A stretch of DNA of 43,164 nt, taken from contig JAUQVK010000100.1 in assembly GCA_039794845.1 (NCBI GenBank), forward strand, positions 1 through 43,164, in the 5' to 3' direction. Shown in pieces: positions 20,884-28,815 of this stretch. Under the pieces are notes generated by a model. That model worked only from the letters and a program-made list of their open reading frames with translations, made no database searches and was not told where the DNA came from. Numbering within the stretch: the first letter of the stretch is position 1; every line of letters begins with the position of its first letter. The DNA comes from Thermostichus sp. DRC_bins_24. GTDB taxonomy: Bacteria > Cyanobacteriota > Cyanobacteriia > Thermostichales > Thermostichaceae. The translations under genes and the position numbers were made by a program.

Positions 20884-21012
20884 CTAGTTAAGAAACCCCG
20901 CCAGCAAAATTACCACTGCCCCAATAACGGCCAAAATGGCCAGCACCCGACCTGCATTGGGGCTTCCCTTCCAGGAATAGTTCTTTTCCGGTTTTTCTGG
21001 CTCTTCCGGCAT
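20884..21012 (-). CDS. Unannotated 42-aa single-TM small protein (MPEEPEKPEKNYSWKGSPNAGRVLAILAVIGAVVILLAGFLN)
   Basis: Translated by hand. GGGAGG RBS upstream, further in-frame ATGs at 21018 and 21027, C-terminal hydrophobic helix. Below the ORF track cut-off. Confidence 0.7.
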   Translation of the reverse strand: MPEEPEKPEKNYSWKGSPNAGRVLAILAVIGAVVILLAGFLN

Positions 21013-21029
21013 GGTCATCCCTCCCATCG

Positions 21030-21280
21030 GCAACTCCAACTTACAGCCTCTGTGCTTCCTGTTCTCGCTCCGCGGGGGCCGGAGGGCCGTCCCTAGGTCT
21101 TAACCTCCACAGTTACAGTTGTTGGATGTGACTGGCGTTGCCCTATGGATGGCGATGGGCGAACGCGCCAGCGTGTCCTCAGCGCAAAGGGCTCGGAGGA
21201 TCACGGAGCGGATGCCGGCCTACTCCTGGGCAACCGGAGGCGTGACCCGGAGAAAGTGACAGCCATCTAGCCCATCCAAC
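21030..21280 (-). ncRNA. Candidate structured RNA/leader element A (homologue of 23325-23510, inverted); strand uncertain
   Basis: Four colinear blocks shared with element C. Helices GTTGGATG/CATCCAAC, CTGGCG/CGCCAG, CGTG-TCCTC/GAGGA-T-CACG and CTCC-TGG-GCAA-CC-GGAG. Confidence 0.55.
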
Positions 21281-21419
21281 GGTTTTCGGGAACAATACAA
21301 GCAGAAAAGGGACACCCCGCCAGCCCCAGAGGGGATCCCTGCTTTGCACAACCCCTGGTTACAGGTCTGAAGGCGCATTCTGAGGCGGAAGCATGAGGCA
21401 TTTGAGACGGATCCCAAAA

Positions 21420-21878
21420 ATGGGCTTGATAATGACAGCTCTACTGAGCAGTTGGGTCGGCGGTCATGGTTTGGAGCAGCTAACTTTTGTTGCCGCTCAG
21501 CCGACCTTTGAGACCGTGCCGCTGCCGCGCTTGCCTGTGGGGGTCGATCAAGTGGTGTTTAATCGCCCGGTTGCCCGCTTTAACCCCAACCTGCCCTCAG
21601 AACTGGTGATCCTCAACCGGACGGGGTTGCCTCTAGAATATGGCTTTACAGATCCACGGCGGAATATATTTGAACTGCCTTCGGGAGAGACCCTGCGCCT
21701 GAGCAGTTACCGGATCCCCAATTGCATGGCCATTAACACGCCAATGTTGGCTCCTGTACGCTACGACGTGAGCGTGGATCCCACGAATGTGATCACCGTC
21801 GAGGTGCGCCTGGTCAACGATGTCTCCGGTGATCACTGTCTGGATCTACAGGCAACTGGGGCCATTTTCGTGAATTGA
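21420..21878 (+). CDS. Hypothetical exported beta-rich protein
   Basis: ORF with a signal-like N-terminus and two Cys. Start 21393 or 21420. Confidence 0.75.
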   Translation: MGLIMTALLSSWVGGHGLEQLTFVAAQPTFETVPLPRLPVGVDQVVFNRPVARFNPNLPSELVILNRTGLPLEYGFTDPRRNIFELPSGETLRLSSYRIPNCMAINTPMLAPVRYDVSVDPTNVITVEVRLVNDVSGDHCLDLQATGAIFVN

Positions 21879-21967
21879 GGGGTGGAACCAGAAGAGGCAG
21901 AAAACCGTGGGGATCCCGACTCAAACTTGAACCCTTCACATCATTTTCACGGCTGCTTTCTATCCTT

Positions 21968-22150
21968 TGCAAAGATGGACGCGAGAACCCGCACGGCAGA
22001 TGGTAGCCGACCTTGCCCAAGTCCGACAGTGGATTTGGGCCTGTGGGAGGGTCGATGGTTCGTCAGACGTATCGACAGGGGTAAACTCCCATGACAGGAT
22101 GCGAACAGGATGATCAAGGTCGATGCCCTGCCTTTTGTCCATCATCTGCA
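21968..22150 (+). ncRNA. Candidate structured RNA element B (~180 nt nested multibranch fold); strand uncertain
   Basis: Nested pairs GATGGAC/GTCCATC, GGCAG/CTGCC and CGACCTTG/CAAGGTCG enclose hairpins CCCAAGTCC/GGATTTGGG and CCTGT-GGGAG..GTCGAT/ATCGAC..CTCCC-ACAGG. Confidence 0.5.
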
Positions 22151-22195
22151 TCTGTGTGGTCTATTTGTCCTTTATCTTTTCTTCTGGACGGTCTC

Positions 22196-23245
22196 ATGAG
22201 CTATAACTCTCGTTCCTGGTTTCCCCGTGCCTTGGTGATTGGCGCTGCGGTTGTGGGGCTGTCGGGCCTGCCGGTCAGGGCCCAGCAAATTACGGATCCT
22301 AGCCCAGCTCAAGCGGCCACCAACGTTGAACCTGGATCCCCCATTTCCGCCTCTTTCCGTACCCAAGATGGTGTTAGCGTGCGACCTGAAACAGTACGGG
22401 TTTTCGTGGATGGGCAAGATGTCACCTCTCAGTCGGTGATCACCCGAGACTTTTTCACCTATCGCCCTGCCCAGCCCTTGCCACCCGGTCGCCGCGAGGT
22501 TCTGCTGGAGTTTACCAACACCCAAGGGGTAACCCGCCGCGTCACCTGGAGCTTTAATGTCGGTAGCCCCATCCGAGCTTCCATCGACTTGGTGGATCAC
22601 AATGCCGGAAGTCGCCCGCTGGCTGCCGGCGAGATCCTGTTGGTGACCGTGCAAGGAACTCCCTCTAGCCGCGTAACGGTGTATCTGGTACAGGATGGCC
22701 GGCAGGTGCAAACCCTGCAAGCGCAGGAGGTCACCAGCGGTACTTACGTGGTGAATGCTTTGATTGAGCCCAAGGATACCACCCGCGAAGGAATCGTCAT
22801 CGCTCGCCTAGAAAACAGCGGCCAAGTGCGTTTCATGACTGCAGAACAACCGGCTCGATTGATCGAAGGGGCTACCGGTGGGGTTCAGCGACTCACCACC
22901 CAAGAGGTTTCGGCGACGGTCAGCACCCCGAGCTCCCTTTTGCCTCAGGTTACCAACGTGCGGGATGGGGATCGGGTTTCGGGTTCCTCTTTTACGCTGC
23001 AAGGCACTACCGCCCCCAACGCCTCGGTACGGGTGAATGTGACGGCCTCTACTTCGCTGGGGGGAATCATTAGCGCTCAACAGACTGTGGCCAACCAAAC
23101 GGTACAAGCGGATGCTCAGGGGCGTTTCACCGTAACGATTCGGCCCGCTATTCCCGCTTCTGGCACAGTGTACCAGGTGAACCTCTCCGCTACCTCCGGC
23201 AACCAGACTAGCCCCACGGTCACCCTACGCTTGACTCAGCAATAG
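22196..23245 (+). CDS. Secreted protein with tandem Ig-like domains
   Basis: Signal peptide ending VRA-QQ. Thr/Val/Ser-rich beta repeats (I...SPA..ATNV.P..PI.A.F; L.GTT.PNA.V.V; ADAQGRF.V). ATG 22196 preferred over 22091. Confidence 0.82.
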   Translation: MSYNSRSWFPRALVIGAAVVGLSGLPVRAQQITDPSPAQAATNVEPGSPISASFRTQDGVSVRPETVRVFVDGQDVTSQSVITRDFFTYRPAQPLPPGRREVLLEFTNTQGVTRRVTWSFNVGSPIRASIDLVDHNAGSRPLAAGEILLVTVQGTPSSRVTVYLVQDGRQVQTLQAQEVTSGTYVVNALIEPKDTTREGIVIARLENSGQVRFMTAEQPARLIEGATGGVQRLTTQEVSATVSTPSSLLPQVTNVRDGDRVSGSSFTLQGTTAPNASVRVNVTASTSLGGIISAQQTVANQTVQADAQGRFTVTIRPAIPASGTVYQVNLSATSGNQTSPTVTLRLTQQ

Positions 23246-23246
23246 G

Positions 23247-23510
23247 AGCTGATTCGCAGCTATCCCCGAGCCGGTAGACAAGCCGGCTCGCTTGCGGAGA
23301 CCGTTCTGCAGATAATGCCCGCGAAGCTGGCAATTACTCTCCGGTAACCGCCCTCGATACAGCCCTTCCGCCAGTCATCCGAAGCCGTAGCGCCGAGACT
23401 TCCCGTTTTATCCGGATGTGCTCCGCACCCCACGTAGCGGGAACAGGAAGCGCGAATTCTGTTACAGAAAACGGTTGTGGAAAACCCGCACGAAGGCTGT
23501 AGTGAGATAC
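23247..23510 (+). ncRNA. Candidate structured RNA/leader element C upstream of pilM; strand uncertain
   Basis: Tandem hairpins (AGCTG/CAGCT, CGAGCCGG/CCGGCTCG and others), then long-range TACAGCC-CTTC/GAAG-GCTGTA enclosing TTCCCGTT/AGCGGGAA. Homologous to element A. Confidence 0.55.
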
Positions 23511-23686
23511 GCAGTGGACTCCGAAATGATCAAACCCTGATCCGTACAGGACTTGAACGGGATCCCTGAGGGTTTGGGTTTGCTAACACAGACATTTCCT
23601 GCCAGTCAACCGCGAATCGGTGGTAACCCCCGAATAAATTGGGTAGTATGCGTCTAGCAGTGGCGCAAAGGGTGGTATTTCCCGGA

Positions 23687-24805
23687 GTGTTTAGCTTTCT
23701 CGGCGGTTCCAAAACCCGAACCATGCTTGGGGTGGATATCAACCCTGAGCGCATCGCGGTCGCCCAACTGAAAAAGCAGGGCAATGGCCGTTATCGTCTG
23801 GCCCACTACCACAGTGTGGAAATGCCAGAAGGAGCAATGATCGAGGGGCGCATCCTTGATCCAAGCACAATCGGCTTGGCCCTGATGAATTTGCTAAACG
23901 AGAATAAAGTTTCGACCAACTTGCCGACAGCAACAGCAGTGCCGGTGCGAGAGGCAATTGTTCGGCTAATTCGGTTGCCCGCCGACTTGCCTGCGGATGA
24001 ATTGCGCCGGGTGGTACTGGAGCAGGAAGCCGAGCTCTACATCCCCTACCCTCGGGATCAGGCGGATGTGGATTATCAGCCCCTGGGTCTGGATCTGTCT
24101 CAGGACGGCATTGAACGCATTGAGGTGTTGTTGGTGGCCATTCCCAAAGAGGTGGTAGACAACTACCTGGAGGTGCTTCAAGCGGCCAACCTGAAGGTGC
24201 GCTGTGTGGAGCTGGCCAGCTTCTCTCTGATTCGCACCATTCGCGAGCAGCTGACCCAATATGGCCCCCAAGAAGCGGTGTTGCTCAGCTCCATTGGCTA
24301 TGAGAGCAGCGAGATCAGCATTTTGGTGAACGGGATCCCTCAGTTTACCCGTACCGTCAACATTGGTACGATCCACATGCGGCAGGTCTTGGCCCAATCC
24401 CTAAACTTGCCCATTGGCCGCACAGGTGACCTATTGCAGTCGCTGAAGTTACCCCTGATTAGCCCGACGGATGTGTTGTCCACCGGAGAGCAACCCATGA
24501 CCACTAACCCCGGTGTAACGGCGGTAACGCGGGTGATTTCCGATTTGGCGGATGAGATCAAGCGCTCTATCGACTTTTTCGTCAATACAGAAAGCAGTTC
24601 TCCTGTGGTGAAAGTATTGCTGGCCGGTCCCGGGGCAAGCATTGGTCAGATGGATGGTTTCTTATCGCAGTCGTTGAGCATGGCAGTGGAATTGGCGGAT
24701 CCCTTTAGCAACATTGTCGTGCCGGATTCTCTAGAGCTGCCCTTGGAAGAACGCCCCGCTATGGGGGTCGCCCTAGGGTTGGCCCTGCGGGAATACAGCA
24801 AGTAG
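23687..24805 (+). CDS. pilM: Type IV pilus assembly protein PilM
   Basis: Actin-like fold motifs LGVDI, QEAELYIPYP...DVDYQ and L.DEI.RSIDFF. Start GTG 23687 or ATG 23648. Confidence 0.93.
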   Translation: MFSFLGGSKTRTMLGVDINPERIAVAQLKKQGNGRYRLAHYHSVEMPEGAMIEGRILDPSTIGLALMNLLNENKVSTNLPTATAVPVREAIVRLIRLPADLPADELRRVVLEQEAELYIPYPRDQADVDYQPLGLDLSQDGIERIEVLLVAIPKEVVDNYLEVLQAANLKVRCVELASFSLIRTIREQLTQYGPQEAVLLSSIGYESSEISILVNGIPQFTRTVNIGTIHMRQVLAQSLNLPIGRTGDLLQSLKLPLISPTDVLSTGEQPMTTNPGVTAVTRVISDLADEIKRSIDFFVNTESSSPVVKVLLAGPGASIGQMDGFLSQSLSMAVELADPFSNIVVPDSLELPLEERPAMGVALGLALREYSK

Positions 24806-24876
24806 AGGTTGTCGGCCCCCAAGGAGGGATCACGAGGACGAGAAAGATGAAATAGTGCGCAAGGCGGTTAGGAGAA

Positions 24877-25578
24877 ATGTACACACCAGATATTAATTTC
24901 CTTAAAGAAAGACCTGATGCCATCACCACGGTGCGGACGGGTGGAGCAACGCCTGTTGTGTCCAGGGAGGGATCCCAGAATTGGATCCCGGCCATTGGTC
25001 TTGGGGCAGTTGCTGCTGCTGTGGCAATCGGGGCTTTTCTGTATTTCCAAGATAGCTTCAGCCGCCAGTTGCGAACCCTGCAAGCGGAGCAAAGCCGTCT
25101 CAACAGCGAGTTAAGCACAGCCAATGCAGAGTTGGCCCGCCTACAGGCTCTCGATCAAGAGTTGCAAACCATTCGTGCTCAAACAGAAGGGTTTCGCTCC
25201 TTCTTGGGTTCGGTCCAGCCCTGGTCCGCCATTTTGGAGGACTTCCGACGGAGAATTCCTGGCCAGGGAGTGTGGGTAACGAATGTGAGTGCTTCAGGCA
25301 ATACCCTTAATGTTCAGGGTGGTGCGCTGGATTTTCCCCTCGTAAATGACTTTCTGCTGACTCTGTTGGATTCGGATTTTGTCACCAGTGCGGTGATCAA
25401 CACAGTGTCCAAGGTTGATGGAACTCAAACTACTGAACCCAGCGTCAACTATGGCCTAACCGTAACCATTCGCACTTTAGGGGATCCCGATCCAGAGTTC
25501 ACGCGCGAGTTGGAGCTGCGGGGTGCCACTGGTTTGGTTGAGAAGATCAGAATTTTGCGTGATGTGGAGACGAACTGA
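24877..25578 (+). CDS. pilN: Type IV pilus assembly protein PilN
   Basis: MY..DINFLKER start, TM, coiled coil, PWSAIL.D.R.RIP..V and F..VNDFLLTL..S.F. Confidence 0.92.
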   Translation: MYTPDINFLKERPDAITTVRTGGATPVVSREGSQNWIPAIGLGAVAAAVAIGAFLYFQDSFSRQLRTLQAEQSRLNSELSTANAELARLQALDQELQTIRAQTEGFRSFLGSVQPWSAILEDFRRRIPGQGVWVTNVSASGNTLNVQGGALDFPLVNDFLLTLLDSDFVTSAVINTVSKVDGTQTTEPSVNYGLTVTIRTLGDPDPEFTRELELRGATGLVEKIRILRDVETN

Positions 25579-26258
25579 TGGCTGGACAATACCCGTTAGA
25601 TAGCAGTTATGACGAACAACTTGTGGCTGCCCCAGCAGGGCCTCCAGTTCTTTTCGGCGTAGAACTCACCCCGATTCGCATTGGGTTGTTGATTGGGGCT
25701 CTGGGCATTGGCACAGCCGGCGTTTTGGCCTTTACGCAATTGCGCCCCTTGATCGAGCAGGTACAGGCAGCTGAAGAAGATGTAGCCAATAAAACCACTC
25801 AACTAGAAGGTGTGCGGAGCCAAATCCAAAGTCTAGCTGATGTTCCAGATCAAATTGAGCAAGCACGCATTGAGCAAGATCGGATTAGTGTTTTGCTTGC
25901 TACTCCTGAGAACGTCGATACCCAGCTTCTAGATGTAAACAATCTGTTCCAAGGTCGGCCAGATACAGAGCTTAGAAGTTTCAACCCTTCACCAGTCAGC
26001 CCATCCTCGGGCAACCCAGAGGTGCCTGCTATTATCGCACCTGCTATTCAAGTCCAAACTACGAGAATATCGTTGATTGGGCCATACACAGATATAATTG
26101 ACTTGATGGGTAGTGTTGAGCGCTTTCAGACCCTCTTCAGGGTGAGTAACATTACGTTGCAGCCGATTCAAGGAACAGGAACACTGAACAGTTCTTTTGA
26201 CCTGATAGCCTACTACTTTAACAAAGATGTGCCTCTGGGCGTGCCGGCTTCTCAGTAA
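25578..26258 (+). CDS. pilO: Type IV pilus assembly protein PilO
   Basis: P.LFG.ELTP, TM, coiled coil, T.LLDVN and G.Y......SVER.Q.L. Position in pilMNOQ. Confidence 0.88.
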   Translation: MAGQYPLDSSYDEQLVAAPAGPPVLFGVELTPIRIGLLIGALGIGTAGVLAFTQLRPLIEQVQAAEEDVANKTTQLEGVRSQIQSLADVPDQIEQARIEQDRISVLLATPENVDTQLLDVNNLFQGRPDTELRSFNPSPVSPSSGNPEVPAIIAPAIQVQTTRISLIGPYTDIIDLMGSVERFQTLFRVSNITLQPIQGTGTLNSSFDLIAYYFNKDVPLGVPASQ

Positions 26259-26302
26259 GGTGTGATCATCATTCCTTCACCTTTTTAGATTAGATGTGTT
26301 AG

Positions 26303-26330
26303 GGATCCCCACCAACCGGATCCCTTTTTT
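26303..26330 (+). terminator. Intrinsic terminator between pilO and pilQ built from GGATCC palindromes
   Basis: GGGATCC-CCACCAACC-GGATCCC followed by a T run. Confidence 0.7.
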
Positions 26331-26539
26331 GATGTCTTTGCAGTCAGGATGCTAGTGGACAGACTCTATACAGGTAGCGTTCCTTTGCTGAGAATCCAAG
26401 AAAATTTTCCTCAAATCGTCTACAGGTAGTGGCAAACCCCAATATTTCGGGTTTGATTAGGGAAGCACTGGGTGAACGAGTCAGAGGAGCACCCGTGGTG
26501 AGGTTAAGCAAGAACACGGTAGGGCGAACTGAGTGAGGT

Positions 26540-28603
26540 GTGAGGATGATGAACCGTCGAGTAGCTTATGGGTGTGCATTGAGCTTGATCCTGTCATTGC
26601 CCATGTTGGCTATGGAAAGTCGGGTCGATGAAGCAGTAGCTCAACAGTTGACCTCCGCAAATCCCCAAAGCATCAGCCGCATCAAAGATGTCCGCTTGGT
26701 GCCCAATGGCAACCGCATGAAGCTGGAGATTGACACGGTAGGGGGAACTCGCCCACAGGTGTTTTTCACCCAACAGGGGCAATCTTGGATCGGTGATATC
26801 ACCAATGCCCAGCTGGACATGGGTCAAGGCAGTTTTCGTCAAGAGTCTCCGTTGCCTGGGGTGAGCTTTATCGAAGCCAAGCAAGTCGGCAGTGACAGTG
26901 TGCGCGTTCAAATTGCGGGCACTTCAGCAGCTCCCCAGGGCCTGTTGGCTCAGCGTAGCCCCACCCAATTGGTTTTCGATTTTGAAGGATTACCCTCCGC
27001 TCAAGTGGCTGCCGCACCGGGCCAACCTACCTTGCCAGCTATGGCTCAGCCCATAGCCCCACAAGCGCCTGCTCCTCAACAGGCAGCCCCTGCCCCACAA
27101 ACCGTCGCCCAGAATCCTACCCAACTTCCTCCTCAAGTAGCTCCTCCACCGCAGCAGGCAGCCCCTGCCCCACAGATAATTTCTCAAGTGCCTTCGGTGG
27201 GCCAATTAAATCAACCTCAGTTGCCGCCGGGAGCTCTGCCCAACAGATCCCAGTTTCAGGGGCGCGCCATCGCTCCTCCTTCTGGAGACATTGCGGTGGG
27301 TACAATTTTGCCGACCTCTCCCACTGTTGATCTTGGCTCCAATGCCAATATCACCCTGACCTTAAAAGATGCCCCGGTTGGCGATGTATTGAGCCTGTTG
27401 GTACGTCGGGCTGGGTTGAACGTGGTTCTGAACGATGTGCCCCCAGACCTAACGATTTCACTCGATGTGAGTGAATCACCCTTACAAGAAACGTTTAACT
27501 TTATATTGCGCCTTAAGGAGTTGCAAGCTCAACGTATTGGACAAACAGTTTTTATTGGGTCCAATTTACCAGGAGTTACAGAGCGATTGGTTCGAAACTA
27601 CCGTATTAATCAAGCTGTAGCCACTGAGCTTGTGACCAAGTTAAATGCAGTTTTAAGTGCTGTAACACCAGGGAGTCCTGCTCAGGTTGAGGTTGATGAG
27701 CGAACCAACTCAATTACAGTAATCGGTACGTCACAGCAGCAAGATATAGCAGCTGCACAAATTGCCCAACTGGATGTTCGCAAACGTCAAGTTTTAATCT
27801 CAGTGAGAGCTGTTGACATTTCACTAGAAAGCAATGAAAGTCTATCTGTTGATTTGGGAGGGGCCTCGGGCAACTTTGCGCTTGGAACCTTTGGTGGAGG
27901 GAACTTTGGCGGAACACCACTTAACCAGCCTGCCGGTTCTTCTGTAGGGTCTATTGGGCCTCTGGAGGCATCCGGTTCTGTAAGTGGTGTGTTTAATTCT
28001 CTAAATAGACTTCAGCAATCTCTTGCTCTACGCGTTGATGCTGCCATCGCCAACCAAACTGGGAAAGTATTAACTGATCCTAAGATTGTCGTAGCGGATG
28101 GGTCTTCCAGCCGAATTAGCATTGGCTCAACTGTACCTGTAAACGTTGAAACCATTACCATCCCCCTGGGAGATAATCAGCAGTCCATCACTCAACGTTT
28201 AGTTCGCGAAGATGCTGGGATTATTCTTGAAGTCTCAGAAGTTAAGATAGACGATAATGGGTTTGTCACTTTAACTATTCAGCCAGAAATTTCGATTCCA
28301 GTGCCTAGTGGAGTGCTACAAGGCGGAGATTTTGCAGGTATCCAACTCTTTAACATTGAAAAGCGACAGCTTGAAGCGTCTCAACTTAGGCTGAGAGATG
28401 GTCAAACATTCATTATTGCCGGTCTAATCGAGGATAGAGATACAGTTGATGTAAGGAAAGTACCACTACTGGGTGATCTGCCCCTGCTGGGTTCTTTGTT
28501 CCGTTCTCAGAGCGTTAGCAATACTCGTAATGAGGTAGTATTTATGCTTACTCCTTTCATCATGGATGACGATGTTGCTTTTGGGTTGACCTCTAATATC
28601 TGA
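26540..28603 (+). CDS. pilQ: Type IV pilus secretin PilQ (AMIN domain, Pro/Gln linker, secretin)
   Basis: RAIAPP.GDIAV, DERTNSITVIG, LDVRKRQV, IDDNGFVTL and KVPLLGDLPLLGSLFR. Start uncertain by a few codons. Confidence 0.95.
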   Translation: MRMMNRRVAYGCALSLILSLPMLAMESRVDEAVAQQLTSANPQSISRIKDVRLVPNGNRMKLEIDTVGGTRPQVFFTQQGQSWIGDITNAQLDMGQGSFRQESPLPGVSFIEAKQVGSDSVRVQIAGTSAAPQGLLAQRSPTQLVFDFEGLPSAQVAAAPGQPTLPAMAQPIAPQAPAPQQAAPAPQTVAQNPTQLPPQVAPPPQQAAPAPQIISQVPSVGQLNQPQLPPGALPNRSQFQGRAIAPPSGDIAVGTILPTSPTVDLGSNANITLTLKDAPVGDVLSLLVRRAGLNVVLNDVPPDLTISLDVSESPLQETFNFILRLKELQAQRIGQTVFIGSNLPGVTERLVRNYRINQAVATELVTKLNAVLSAVTPGSPAQVEVDERTNSITVIGTSQQQDIAAAQIAQLDVRKRQVLISVRAVDISLESNESLSVDLGGASGNFALGTFGGGNFGGTPLNQPAGSSVGSIGPLEASGSVSGVFNSLNRLQQSLALRVDAAIANQTGKVLTDPKIVVADGSSSRISIGSTVPVNVETITIPLGDNQQSITQRLVREDAGIILEVSEVKIDDNGFVTLTIQPEISIPVPSGVLQGGDFAGIQLFNIEKRQLEASQLRLRDGQTFIIAGLIEDRDTVDVRKVPLLGDLPLLGSLFRSQSVSNTRNEVVFMLTPFIMDDDVAFGLTSNI

Positions 28604-28605
28604 AG

Positions 28606-28740
28606 TCTGAAGATAGGCTGGCCTATATCCGCGGCAACGGTACTGGCTTAGAGCGTCTGGGTCACCTTAGCCCCTATGAAATTCAAATGTTGCGTACCTG
28701 GATTATTCAGGATCAGGCGGCTGAACCCATCGCGGGATAG
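28606..28740 (+). pseudogene. Start-less 3' gene fragment (SEDRLAYIRGNGTGLERLGHLSPYEIQMLRTWIIQDQAAEPIAG*)
   Basis: Protein-like open frame with an in-frame TAA at 28594 and no ATG/GTG near its 5' end. Confidence 0.4.
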
Positions 28741-28815
28741 AGGGCTCATCGCCTCGGCAGGGATCCCTGAGTTGGCCAGCCCCTTATGATGGAAATTGAG
28801 AAGACCGAAAGCTGT

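Noticed and set aside
21150..21280. c-di-GMP-I (GEMM) or glnA riboswitch
   Set aside because: Partial look-alikes (CGCAAAG, GGCCTA, TGACAGC, GAACGCGCC), but spacing and the GGCAAA or GGAAGT cores do not fit. Left as an unnamed candidate.
23465..23506. Group II intron domain V (also 21972-22005)
   Set aside because: The ...AACCCGCACG... upper stem is similar, but the AGC catalytic triad and lower helix are missing, and no reverse transcriptase is in the window.
27066..27176. Duplicated PQQAAPAPQ unit in pilQ
   Set aside because: Ordinary low-complexity linker expansion, common in cyanobacterial secretins.
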